DNA of 20,000 nt from an uncultured virus (IMG/VR IMGVR_UViG_3300025126_000012) (IMGVR_UViG_3300025126_000012), one strand, 5' to 3'. Counted from the first letter of the stretch, positions 1 to 9,230 are shown. Notes: generated by a model not told the origin, from the sequence alone. Numbers and translations are program-made.

Positions 1-180
1 GAAATAGAAGATGCCGCCAAATTATCATTTGTATATGATGTGTTCGAAGGTGAAATTGATAAAAATTCAACAGAAGAATTTGAAAAGTTGACAGGAGATA
101 TATTAAAAGATATTCTTATTGAACAATTGAATGCTAACGAAGTAATTTACACTGGTGGTACTGATGGAATTAAAAATTGA
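1..180 (+). CDS. C-terminal part of a small acidic protein, probably T4 gp40-like (5' truncated by window)
   Basis: Open frame 1 from base 1 (EIEDAAKLSFVYDVFEGE...GIKN) to TGA at 178-180, overlapping the helicase start. Its position directly upstream of gp41 matches T4 gene order; identity is inferred from synteny only. Confidence 0.5.
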   Translation, partial: EIEDAAKLSFVYDVFEGEIDKNSTEEFEKLTGDILKDILIEQLNANEVIYTGGTDGIKN

Positions 181-1543
181 AAATATTGTATTGGAAAATT
201 TGATTAATAATGATGATTATTTTAGGAAAGTATTTCCTCATTTAAAAGAGGAATATTTTAGTACAAAAATAGAAAAGACACTGTTCAAATTCATTACCGT
301 ATTTGCTGAAAAACATAATAAAGCACCTAATCAAAAGATTTTAGGATTATTATCAAAGGAATATTCTTCTTTTACTCAAGAAGAATATATTCAAGCAGAA
401 TTGTTTGTGAAGGAATTGAACGGCAAAGAAGAAAATGTAGACTGGCTCATCGGCAGGACAGAGAAGTTTTGTAAAGATAAAGCATTCTATAATGCTGTCA
501 TGACTACAATTCAAGCAATGGATGGGAAAGACTCAAAATTGTCAGTGGAAGCTATGCCATCCTTGATGCAAGATGCACTGGCGGTATCATTTGATAATAG
601 TGTAGGGCATGACTTCTTTGATGATATGGAATCTCGTTTTGATTTTTATCATTTAAAAGAAGATAAGATTCCATTCAGACTGTCGTATTTTAATAAAGTT
701 ACTAAGAATGGTATTCCTCGCAAGACACTAAACGCTGTTCTAGCAGGGGTAGGGGTAGGTAAATCACTTTTCCTGTGTGATATGGCAGCAACATCATTAA
801 GTCAAGGCTTCAATGTGTTGTATGTCACGCTGGAGATGGCGCAAGAAAAGATAGCAGAACGCATAGACTGCAATCTACTTGACATCGATGTTGATAATTT
901 AGGTAGATTGAACAAAGATGATTTTATCGATGGAGTTACTGGCATTAAATCCAAGACTCGTGGACAACTAATAATTAAAGAATACCCTACTGGTGGTGCT
1001 CATGTTGGGCACTTTAGGGCATTATTGGAAGAACTGAAACTCAAAAAGAATTTTCTCCCAGATGTTATTTGTATTGATTATATCAATATTTGTGCATCAC
1101 AGAAATATAAGAGCAGCAATTACAATTCTTATTTTGCTATCAAAGCAATCGCAGAAGAACTAAGAGGATTGATGGTGGAATATAACTGTGTTGGCTGGAC
1201 GGCCACTCAACTTACCAGAACAGGATTCAATGATTCGGATTTCAGTATGACAGATACATCGGAATCGTTTGGTTTGCCGGCATCTTTAGATTTCTTCATA
1301 GGTATTATACGCACCGAAGAATTGGACAAAATGAATCAGCTGATGATTAAACAGTTGAAGAGTAGATACAATGACATAAATTATTATAACAAATTCCTCA
1401 TTGGTGTTGATATAAGGAAATTTAAATTATCTGATGTAGAAGAATCCCAACAACAAACAGTCTCCGACCAAGGCATTACAGATGATGAGTTATTCGGCAA
1501 ATCCAAGAAAACACATGACTTTGCCAGCATAAATTTCGACTAA
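164..1543 (+). CDS. 41: T4 gp41-like replicative DNA helicase (DnaB/SF4)
   Basis: Walker A AGVGVGKS, LYVTLEMA, Walker B ICIDYIN, TATQLTR, SESFGLPA, KQLKSRY motifs. ATG at 164 preferred over GTG at 155. Confidence 0.95.
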   Translation: MELKIENIVLENLINNDDYFRKVFPHLKEEYFSTKIEKTLFKFITVFAEKHNKAPNQKILGLLSKEYSSFTQEEYIQAELFVKELNGKEENVDWLIGRTEKFCKDKAFYNAVMTTIQAMDGKDSKLSVEAMPSLMQDALAVSFDNSVGHDFFDDMESRFDFYHLKEDKIPFRLSYFNKVTKNGIPRKTLNAVLAGVGVGKSLFLCDMAATSLSQGFNVLYVTLEMAQEKIAERIDCNLLDIDVDNLGRLNKDDFIDGVTGIKSKTRGQLIIKEYPTGGAHVGHFRALLEELKLKKNFLPDVICIDYINICASQKYKSSNYNSYFAIKAIAEELRGLMVEYNCVGWTATQLTRTGFNDSDFSMTDTSESFGLPASLDFFIGIIRTEELDKMNQLMIKQLKSRYNDINYYNKFLIGVDIRKFKLSDVEESQQQTVSDQGITDDELFGKSKKTHDFASINFD

Positions 1544-1593
1544 GTTGTTGATTCATTTGACAGTTTGACATTTAAAATAATGTTGGTTATGAT
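1541..1593 (+). promoter_or_regulatory. sigma70-type promoter with upstream IHF-like box
   Basis: TTGACA 1565-1570, 17 nt, TATGAT 1588-1593; TAAGTTGTTGATT at 1541. Confidence 0.75.
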
Positions 1594-1653
1594 AATAAGA
1601 TGGGGCATGATGTTAAATTTGATAGCTTATAGAGCAGAAAGTGAGGTGTAAAA

Positions 1654-2502
1654 ATGAAAATTCGTGTATATAGCGATATTCATTTGTAGTTGGACTGGTA
1701 CTTTAGTGATGATATACAATTTGATGCTAATAACAGTGAAGTGAAATGCTGGAAGCCACCTGTGCTTCCTGATGACAAAGACACAATTCTAATTCTTGCT
1801 GGGGATTTATGGATTGGCACAAGATTTATTGAATTCGCGGGGTATTCATGGATTACAGAGGTCTCAACACGTTTCAAGAACGTCTTAATCGTATTAGGCA
1901 ACCACGACTATTGGCCCGGAAACAACTCCCTGACTATCACGCGTGGTGGAGATACCTGCAATGCTATGTTGCAGGATTTAGGGTGTTACAATGTAAAAGT
2001 ACTGGACTGCGATACATGGGAAGACGGTGAGTATTTGTTTGTCGGTTGCACTCTTTGGACTGATATGAATAATTGTAATGAGTTATCCATGTATAATATG
2101 CCTATGTTCATGCGATATGACGGAAAGATTCAATATGATATTGGGAGTAGATTTACATCTGAAAAATGGGTACAAACACATTCTAAACACCGAGCGTACA
2201 TCAAACATGTAATTGAACAAAATCGAGACAAGAAAATTATTGTTATTACTCATCACCTCCCTTTGTTGACTTTGAGTGACCCAAAATTTAAAGGTACTCA
2301 AGGCAATGATTATTTTATGAGCGATTTGAGTGAGTTAATCCTTGGCAATGAGCATATTGTAATGTGGTGCGCCGGTCATACACATTACGGGTCAGATACA
2401 TTTTTTGAAAAAACTAGAATAATTATAAATCCGTGTGGATATACATCAGAAAAGTTAGAACAATCAGGATTAGTTGTACACGAAACATTGAAAGTGAGGT
2501 AA
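1654..2502 (+). pseudogene. Calcineurin-like metallophosphoesterase with in-frame TAG at codon 12
   Basis: GAGG RBS then ATG 1654: MKIRVYSDIHL*LDWY... Motif I (D-x-H) lies before the TAG at 1687-1689; AGD, GNHD, THH and GHTH motifs follow in the same frame. Confidence 0.8.
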
Positions 2503-2509
2503 CTGAACC

Positions 2510-3028
2510 GTGAAAAGCATAATTTATCTAGATATGGATGGTGTTTTGGCCGATTTTCGAGGATGGGCAATAGAAAATTTCGGTGAAGAGTGGAAAACAG
2601 AAATTGAAAAGCCGAATTGGGGGGCTATAAGCAACACGTCGAATCTATTCGCCAAATTAAAACCAATGGCAGACGCGTTAGAATTATACAACAATTGTGT
2701 AGACATCATCGGCGACAAAAACAGAGTGCAAATTCTTACAGCATTGCCACAAAGAATGAATATGGAATCTGCTGCAAAAGATAAGATAGAATGGGCTCAC
2801 ACTCACATTAGTCCTGACATTAGAGTACACTTTGGTCCTTACGCCCAAGACAAACAATACCACAAGCGACACAAATTTGATGTGCTAATAGACGATATTG
2901 AATTGAATATTCAGCAATGGGAATCAGTCGGAGGTTATGGTATTGTTCATGAAAATTCAAAAAAGTCGACAGAAGAACTAAATTCGTTTATTATGGTTAT
3001 AACAAATCAAGAAATGGGACAATTATGA
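2510..3028 (+). CDS. HAD-family 5'(3')-deoxyribonucleotidase
   Basis: IYLDMDGVLADF (DxDGV), ILTA, K..W, VLIDD motifs. Confidence 0.85.
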   Translation: MKSIIYLDMDGVLADFRGWAIENFGEEWKTEIEKPNWGAISNTSNLFAKLKPMADALELYNNCVDIIGDKNRVQILTALPQRMNMESAAKDKIEWAHTHISPDIRVHFGPYAQDKQYHKRHKFDVLIDDIELNIQQWESVGGYGIVHENSKKSTEELNSFIMVITNQEMGQL

Positions 3029-3573
3029 GTGAGGAACTTGGCATTTTAGGTAGAAAACATATTATGATTGACATCGAGACATTAAGTTCTCGCCAAAATG
3101 CAATCATAATTCAAATCGGCGCGTGTTCTTTTACATTTGAAGACGGTATCGGCGAATCATTCCTTCACAATGTTGACATAGAATCCTGTTTAAATGCTGG
3201 TATGCATTTTGCAAAAGATACATACGAATGGTGGATGACACAAGATGAGACAGTATTTAAGTCATGTTTAAATGATGCAAAACCCATCAGCGAGGTTCTG
3301 CATTATTTGAATACATTCATTGGTAAAGATAAAAAAACATTAGTATGGGCGCAGGGGAGTGTGTTCGACCTAGGAATTTTATCAAGTGCTTATACATTGT
3401 GTGGCATAAACAAAAGTTGGAAATATTTTCAAGAAATGGATTCTAGAACGGTATTTACATTATTGAATGTGAGGAATGACTTGGAACGAAAGGGAGCGGT
3501 TGGTCATCATAATGCATTAAATGATGCAATTGCGCAGGCTGAAACACTTATAAAAGTTTTTAAGGAAAATTGA
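3025..3573 (+). CDS. DEDDh 3'-5' exonuclease, T4 DexA/Rv2179c-like
   Basis: HIMIDIETL, WAQGSVFD, DSRT, HNALNDA motifs. Confidence 0.85.
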   Translation: MSEELGILGRKHIMIDIETLSSRQNAIIIQIGACSFTFEDGIGESFLHNVDIESCLNAGMHFAKDTYEWWMTQDETVFKSCLNDAKPISEVLHYLNTFIGKDKKTLVWAQGSVFDLGILSSAYTLCGINKSWKYFQEMDSRTVFTLLNVRNDLERKGAVGHHNALNDAIAQAETLIKVFKEN

Positions 3574-3872
3574 TGACTAAAATTCATGGCAGATATACAA
3601 AATTTGATACTGCAACATTAGATGATTTTATTGAGTCTAATATAGATGCAGCTCAAGTAAAAACAGAATGGGTAGGTATGCCAGAATTCAATCAGCATAA
3701 TATCGATTCTTTTGCTACTATTGTTTTTAGAGTAGTGGATGAAGAACATCTAAAAAAACTATCAGAATTGGTTGGTCAGCCATTGACACATAAAACAAAA
3801 ACGGTATGGTATCCTAAACAGGGAGTTTTACCAGAACGTAGGGCATTTTATGTAGATGAGGATGATGTATGA
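3573..3872 (+). CDS. Small hypothetical protein translationally coupled to the glycosyltransferase
   Basis: About 100 aa ORF with EWVGMPEF and KTVWYP; overlaps both neighbours by 1-4 nt. Confidence 0.75.
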   Translation: MTKIHGRYTKFDTATLDDFIESNIDAAQVKTEWVGMPEFNQHNIDSFATIVFRVVDEEHLKKLSELVGQPLTHKTKTVWYPKQGVLPERRAFYVDEDDV

Positions 3873-4822
3873 TTGACGAACACATGCCACAATACCCACT
3901 CTACATTGTGTCAAAAGGAAGAGCTGATAGTCGATTTACTTCCAAAACGCTAGAAGCAATGCATGTGCCATATTATATTGTCGTAGAAAAACAAGAAGTA
4001 GATATATATGAGGCAGCAATAAATCCTAAATATGGTACAGTTTTAGAACTCGACAAGAAATTTCAAGATGAATATGACACATTTGATGATTTAGGATACA
4101 CTAAGAGTAAGGGGCCAGGTCCTGCTAGAAATTTTGTATGGGAACATGCAAAATCGAATGGATTTAAACGTCACTGGGTCATGGATGATAACATCAATGG
4201 ATTTTATCGATTCAATAATAACTCTAGGATAGTGTGTCTGAGTGGAGCATTATTCCGGGCAATGGAAGATTTTAATGATAGATATACTAATCTGCCTATG
4301 TGTGGGCCTAATTATTTTTCTTTTGCTGTTCCTTGTGGCAAAAAAAATCCACCGATTATTATGAATACTCGCATTTATTCCTGTAATCTGATTGAATGCG
4401 GTACCCCTTATAGATGGAGAGGTCGTTATAACGAAGATACTGATATTTCACTTAGGATGCTGAAAGACGGCTTGTGCACTGTACAATTTAATGCATTCTT
4501 ACAGGGCAAAATCGTAACACAGGCAGTGAAAGGTGGGAATACAGCAGAATTTTATGCAAAAGAAGGAACTACACCAAAATCTCAAATGCTTTTTGATATG
4601 CACCCAGATGTTACTAGATTGGTCACGAAATATGATAGGCCTCATCATCATGTAGATTATAATGTATTTAAGAAAAATAGATTACAACGTATCCCTGATA
4701 TTATTATACCAAATAAGATAAATGAGTATGGCATGGTTTGTGTGAAAAGAGAAGAGTTAAAAGAAGAGCGCAAAGACGATTTTATAACAAAGATGGTGAA
4801 AAACCAAAAAAAGGAAATTTAA
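3869..4822 (+). CDS. GT-A fold glycosyltransferase, TET-associated (TAGT)/GREB1-like, putative DNA base modification
   Basis: YPLYIVSKGRA, GPARN, WVMDDNI (metal-binding acidic motif), GRYNEDTDISLRML, KGGNT. Confidence 0.75.
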   Translation: MIDEHMPQYPLYIVSKGRADSRFTSKTLEAMHVPYYIVVEKQEVDIYEAAINPKYGTVLELDKKFQDEYDTFDDLGYTKSKGPGPARNFVWEHAKSNGFKRHWVMDDNINGFYRFNNNSRIVCLSGALFRAMEDFNDRYTNLPMCGPNYFSFAVPCGKKNPPIIMNTRIYSCNLIECGTPYRWRGRYNEDTDISLRMLKDGLCTVQFNAFLQGKIVTQAVKGGNTAEFYAKEGTTPKSQMLFDMHPDVTRLVTKYDRPHHHVDYNVFKKNRLQRIPDIIIPNKINEYGMVCVKREELKEERKDDFITKMVKNQKKEI

Positions 4823-4823
4823 A

Positions 4824-5024
4824 ATGAAAAAAGAAATTATGAGTTCTACTGGCTATCACAGCGATATACAACACATTGGTCGACCGGATTGTGTGTTTGA
4901 CCAAAGGGCTAAATATACGTTTAATGGCGAAGACTTTGCAAGAGCCATGAGTGAAAAGAAATTAACCAAGACATCAACACATGTTGAAGTCGTTGGCCCT
5001 TTGACTATTGAAGAAAATATGTGA
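4824..5024 (+). CDS. Hypothetical protein (66 aa)
   Basis: AAGGA RBS; directly follows the preceding stop codon. Confidence 0.6.
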   Translation: MKKEIMSSTGYHSDIQHIGRPDCVFDQRAKYTFNGEDFARAMSEKKLTKTSTHVEVVGPLTIEENM

Positions 5025-5040
5025 TTGAGACTCGCGATTG

Positions 5041-5490
5041 TGATAAATAGTGATGTAGTTAGGATTTGATGAACTTTAGGAGATTCAAATCCAGTGGATA
5101 TTGCATCCATTGTCCTACATCACAATACTATTTATCATTTGTAAAATTCTCCTAAATGTCTTAGTATGAACAGTCTACCGCAGGCATAAGCAGATTATGC
5201 CCCAAATGATGCCTGGCTTTTTGCTAAAGAACATCATCACTGGTATAGACAAAAAGTGAAATAAAAAGCTCCGGAAATGCTATGGTTGCAACCGGGAATC
5301 AGCGACACTTTGTTAAAAGAGGGTGGTATTAGCTGTAGGCGCGAGATATGCCAGCATCGTAAAAAGTCTTCACACTCGCAGACTTTACCATTTGACACAT
5401 GGTTGAATCTTTTAGACCATCACTCCGACATTCGACGGAAAAATGTGGTTAGGTTCTGCTAGCCTAACCATGTCCTCTACTCTCTGGAAA
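5041..5490. other. Non-coding multi-hairpin region (possible origin-associated structure or ncRNA)
   Basis: Branched inverted repeat 5041-5137, plus hairpins GGCATAA/TTATGCC, ATGGT/ACCAT and TGGTTAGGTT/AGCCTAACCA (5446-5470); no convincing ORF. Confidence 0.5.
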
Positions 5491-5491
5491 C

Positions 5492-5751
5492 AATTAATTA
5501 ATCTTTAGATTAGATTAATCAATTAAAGAAGGTAAAGAATTAATCAATTAAAGAAGGTAAAGAATTAATTAATTAAAGAAGGTAAAGAATTAATCAATTA
5601 AAGAAGGTAAAGAATTAATTAATTAAAGAAGGTAAAGAATTAATCAATTAAAGAAGGTAAAGATTAATCAATTAAAGAAGGTAAAGAATTAATTAATCCT
5701 ATCTATTAAAGAAGGTAAAGATTAATCTATTAAAGAAGGTAATTATTAATT
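5492..5751 (+). repeat. AT-rich tandem repeat, ~25-bp unit AATTAAAGAAGGTAAAGAATTAATY, 9 copies of the core
   Basis: Units start at 5521, 5546, 5571, 5596, 5621, 5646 and 5670, with degenerate copies at ~5705 and ~5729. Confidence 0.95.
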
Positions 5752-5770
5752 ACTTTGAAATGGAGTCCAA

Positions 5771-5968
5771 ATGAAACTTGAATTAGATAAATCCTATAAA
5801 ACAAGAAATAACAATATCGTAAGAAGAATACTTGCTGTAGATAGAAATAATGAAGCATTTCCTGTTGTTGCTGAACTTATGAGCGGTACTATTTTTGTGT
5901 ATACAGCAGAAGGTAATTATACTTTACAGCATGAACATCCTTTTGATATTGTAGCTGAATATCAGTAA
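5771..5968 (+). CDS. Hypothetical protein (65 aa)
   Basis: GGAG RBS; phage-like codon usage. Confidence 0.7.
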   Translation: MKLELDKSYKTRNNNIVRRILAVDRNNEAFPVVAELMSGTIFVYTAEGNYTLQHEHPFDIVAEYQ

Positions 5969-5994
5969 AATGAAGAACTCTATTGTGTTGAATT

Positions 5995-6180
5995 ATGCCT
6001 ATTAACGACTTCATTTGTATACAGTGTGGCTTTGAAATAAAAGATGTTCTTCACAAAATGTCTGAAATTCCAGTCAGATGTCCTAATTGCGATAAAGACG
6101 GTTTGAAACGAATACTATCAACTTCTGGTATCATTTTTAAGGGTACTGGATTCTACCAGACAGATTACAAAAACAAATAA
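5995..6180 (+). CDS. FmdB-family zinc-ribbon protein
   Basis: MPxxDFxCxxCG...CPNC...LKRILS...FKGTGFYQTDY signature. Confidence 0.9.
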   Translation: MPINDFICIQCGFEIKDVLHKMSEIPVRCPNCDKDGLKRILSTSGIIFKGTGFYQTDYKNK

Positions 6181-6189
6181 CGATGGTTG

Positions 6190-6242
6190 TAAGTGATTGA
6201 TTTATCATTACATTTGACAATTAAATGTATCAATATTATCAT
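6190..6242 (+). promoter_or_regulatory. sigma70-type promoter with upstream IHF-like box
   Basis: TAAGTGATTGATT 6190; TTGACA 6214-6219, 17 nt, TATCAT 6237-6242. Confidence 0.7.
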
Positions 6243-6278
6243 AGTAATATGGTTGATATGGTGAGAAATAATTAAATC

Positions 6279-6833
6279 ATGAGTTATAGAGACTTAATTC
6301 AAACAAAAACTGAAGAGATTCAAGAAAAGCTATTAGCTCTTGGTTTTGCAAAGATTCATACTCCATTTTCTATATGTAAATTGCCAAAAGGAGTTGCTGG
6401 CAGGGCGTGGGGGTACGATAGATTCGAGATAAGCATAGATTATCTCGAAAAACATACCGACCGCATTTTATCTCGTACTGTTCCTCATGAAATTGCACAC
6501 ATGTACACAGCGAAGTACTATCCTCAAGCAAATGGTAAAGGTGGACATGGTAGAGAGTGGAAAAAATTCATGGAAGCACTTGGATGCGAACAGAACAGAT
6601 ACCACGACATGAAATTGACAGTTGGTGCAATAAACGAGCCAACCAAGATTATTAAGCAAGATAAAGAATTTGTCGGTATCTATGATGTTCTTTGGAACAA
6701 AGACTCACAATGCTATAATGGATTCATCAATAAATCAATTGTTGCAACTGATATAAGTTACAATAAAGTAAAGAAAATCATGCAAGAATCTTTCGGTTGC
6801 AAGATGTTCAATGTTGTAATCCCATCATTTTAA
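6279..6833 (+). CDS. SprT-like zinc metalloprotease domain protein
   Basis: AGRAW, TVPHEIAH (HExxH), HGREWKKFM. Confidence 0.85.
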   Translation: MSYRDLIQTKTEEIQEKLLALGFAKIHTPFSICKLPKGVAGRAWGYDRFEISIDYLEKHTDRILSRTVPHEIAHMYTAKYYPQANGKGGHGREWKKFMEALGCEQNRYHDMKLTVGAINEPTKIIKQDKEFVGIYDVLWNKDSQCYNGFINKSIVATDISYNKVKKIMQESFGCKMFNVVIPSF

Positions 6834-6851
6834 TGAACAAAGGAGAATGGA

Positions 6852-7220
6852 ATGAACACTGAATTTGAAAAAGGCCAAATTGTATTCCAAGCATGTTCGA
6901 ATTTTGCAACAGTGGGAGAATCGGGGTTGAATGGTACCAAATTCAAGCCGGCAGTGAATATCGGGATTGTGATTGAACGCAAACTAAATTCCTGCAATGA
7001 TGAACGTGTATTTTTTGTTGACCGTGGAGGTAATGATTTTGTTTTCGGCCGGGTGTATTACTTCGCATGGCGCGCCGACGGCATATTCGCAACAGCTGAT
7101 GAAGCCTTTGAGGCACTGCAAAGCGACGTAATCTGCCCAGACGTATACTCTGATGCAGATAAGAAATCATTCGATGATTTTCGCGGCGGTAAAATGCGCA
7201 TTGCACCTGATACTAAATGA
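6852..7220 (+). CDS. Hypothetical protein (122 aa)
   Basis: AAGGAG RBS; ATGA overlap with the next gene. Confidence 0.7.
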   Translation: MNTEFEKGQIVFQACSNFATVGESGLNGTKFKPAVNIGIVIERKLNSCNDERVFFVDRGGNDFVFGRVYYFAWRADGIFATADEAFEALQSDVICPDVYSDADKKSFDDFRGGKMRIAPDTK

Positions 7221-7453
7221 TGATTGACGAAACCGTGATGTTGCACCCGCTGCGGCAGACAAGGAGATTAGAAATGAGCGAGCATAAAGCACTATCTGCC
7301 TTCGAACAGGCGGCGATACAAGTAGAAGTTATCGAGTTGAAACAGCGGCTGAAAATGGCAACTAAAACGATAAAATCCCTAAACAAGCAAATAACAAGAC
7401 TTGAGGATGTTTTGTTTTCCTCTATGACCGCCGGCAATGGCGACCGCAAATAG
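7217..7453 (+). CDS. Hypothetical coiled-coil protein (true start may be the internal ATG after AAGGAG, near 7274)
   Basis: Heptad-like IELKQRLKMATKTIKSLNKQITRLE; ends in TAG. Confidence 0.6.
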   Translation: MMIDETVMLHPLRQTRRLEMSEHKALSAFEQAAIQVEVIELKQRLKMATKTIKSLNKQITRLEDVLFSSMTAGNGDRK

Positions 7454-7572
7454 CTGGAGAACCATATCACGAAGCGTGTCATTCCGTGATAAGGTCAACA
7501 AAACAATGTTTTTAAACATTGATATAATCTTATCATGAAGGATAATCTCAAAATGTAGACTATTACACCTCA

Positions 7573-7625
7573 TAACCCATTCATTTTAAATAAGATTTGA
7601 CATTTAATTGCAAATGATTGATAAT
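7573..7625 (+). promoter_or_regulatory. sigma70-type promoter with degenerate IHF-like box
   Basis: TAACCCATTCATT 7573; TTGACA 7597-7602, 17 nt, GATAAT 7620-7625. Confidence 0.65.
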
Positions 7626-7647
7626 ACATTATCGAATAAGGGAGTAG

Positions 7648-7746
7648 ATGATGAAAAACTGGATTGATGCTATCGGATGCACATTGTTTTTTACTGGGAT
7701 TTTTTCCCTTTTTGTTGAAGCATGGTTTCGTTTACAAGGGCTTTGA
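7648..7746 (+). CDS. Small hydrophobic peptide (32 aa), not in the ORF track
   Basis: GGGAG RBS just after the promoter; MMKNWIDAIGCTLFFTGIFSLFVEAWFRLQGL*. Confidence 0.55.
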   Translation: MMKNWIDAIGCTLFFTGIFSLFVEAWFRLQGL

Positions 7747-7759
7747 AAGGAGAATAGTC

Positions 7760-7915
7760 ATGAATGGTTTTTTAATTTTTATTGATGGACAATATTTTGA
7801 CGAAGTGTTTTTCCCGAAGAGTATGACAGTAAAGGAAGCTCGAGCTTCCTTGCTTGTTGAAGGATATCCTTCGAACATTGAGATTGAATCGTTTCGTACT
7901 TCGGTAGAGGACTAA
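7760..7915 (+). CDS. Hypothetical protein (51 aa)
   Basis: AAGGAG RBS before ATG 7760; MNGFLIFIDGQYFDEVFF... Confidence 0.65.
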   Translation: MNGFLIFIDGQYFDEVFFPKSMTVKEARASLLVEGYPSNIEIESFRTSVED

Positions 7916-7916
7916 T

Positions 7917-8054
7917 ATGGCTAATGTTAAACAAGGTAACCTTACAAAATCGCCTCAATGGTGGAAACACCTAAAAGATTTTAAACGGGTGTTTTGGAAA
8001 ACTGAACGTCTTGCCCAAAAGAAGAACATCCGAGAACAGATACGAGAATCATAG
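7917..8054 (+). CDS. Small basic hypothetical protein (45 aa), not in the ORF track
   Basis: GAGGA RBS; MANVKQGNLTKSPQWWKHLKDFKRVFWKTERLAQKKNIREQIRES*. Confidence 0.65.
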   Translation: MANVKQGNLTKSPQWWKHLKDFKRVFWKTERLAQKKNIREQIRES

Positions 8055-8075
8055 ATAATTTGGTGAATTTTAATA

Positions 8076-9188
8076 ATGACAAATTTGAAAAAAATATCTG
8101 ATATTGTGCTGAATAAACGATGGGCAGAGTTCACTGAACTCGGCATTGACATGAAGCATTATGAAGATTTGGGTATGGTTCTTTTGAACTATAATCAAAT
8201 CGAAGCAATCAAGAATCATCCAATAGTAAATCTTTGCCGAGGATTGCTAATTGGATATGACGGTTCTATTATTCGCAATGGCATGCCGCGTTTTTACAAT
8301 TTGGGTGAGAATGGGGTCGACACATTCGACTTTCAAAATTCAATCACATTTGAGAAAGCCGACGGCTCACTCATGTTTACGTACTTTTGCCTCCCAACAG
8401 GGAAGTGGGAAATCGGTACTCGCGGAACTGCTTTTGCAGAAGGACCGAAAGAATTCTTCGGGACATTCCGAGATTTTATGCTATCAGCTATGGGCCGAAC
8501 AGAAGCAGAATTTCAAGAAGACTGCACGGAATTGCTGAACAAGGAATACACATACTTGTTCGAGTGTATCGGGAAAGATAATCGCATAGTAACTCCGTAT
8601 GGAGAAAATATGCTGGTATTTCTATCTAGTGTAGAAAATGCAACCGGCAATGAATATCTTATTGGTAATCAGGAAGTACATAACGCTTTGCTTAATTGGA
8701 ATGTCCGACCTGTTGAGGTGTTTTCATTTAATACTCAAGATGATTGTCTCAAAGTGCTTGGTGAATTGACTGGACTCAAGGAAGGGTTTGTTGTATATAA
8801 CACAAAAACAAAAACACGTGTTAAAATAAAGTCGCCTACATATCTTGCAATCCATCGCCTCCGTGGCAATGGTTTGACTTTGAATTCAGTATGTGAACTT
8901 ATCGTCACGCGCGAAGTGGATGAATACTTAGCTACGTTTCCTGAAGATACACATAAGTTCAATGAAGCACAATCAATGTATGCAGTTATACAAAATGAAC
9001 TCACAGATAATTATTGTAAATTCAAGACCATTGAATCACAAAAGGACTTTGCTATTGCGATTAAGGACTTGCCTTTAAGTTGCGTAATGTTTAAGGCCCG
9101 CAGCGCAAATGTTAATGACGTGTTACATGAATTCAATAAGTTTCCAGTTAACAAAAGAGCAGAATGGCTAAAGACTAGATTGACTTAG
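8076..9188 (+). CDS. rnlA: T4 RNA ligase 1-like (RnlA)
   Basis: CRGL, PRFYN, motif I EKADGS, TRG, TYLFE, motif IV EGFVV, motif V RVKIKS. Confidence 0.9.
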   Translation: MTNLKKISDIVLNKRWAEFTELGIDMKHYEDLGMVLLNYNQIEAIKNHPIVNLCRGLLIGYDGSIIRNGMPRFYNLGENGVDTFDFQNSITFEKADGSLMFTYFCLPTGKWEIGTRGTAFAEGPKEFFGTFRDFMLSAMGRTEAEFQEDCTELLNKEYTYLFECIGKDNRIVTPYGENMLVFLSSVENATGNEYLIGNQEVHNALLNWNVRPVEVFSFNTQDDCLKVLGELTGLKEGFVVYNTKTKTRVKIKSPTYLAIHRLRGNGLTLNSVCELIVTREVDEYLATFPEDTHKFNEAQSMYAVIQNELTDNYCKFKTIESQKDFAIAIKDLPLSCVMFKARSANVNDVLHEFNKFPVNKRAEWLKTRLT

Positions 9189-9230
9189 TCTTGCCGTTGT
9201 TCTATGCCGTCATCACAAGGAGGTCGACCA

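Noticed and set aside
5277..5462. 61-aa ORF in the structured region
   Set aside because: No RBS, atypical composition, and it overlaps hairpins.
5492..5751. CRISPR array
   Set aside because: The repeats are head-to-tail with no unique spacers and there are no cas genes.
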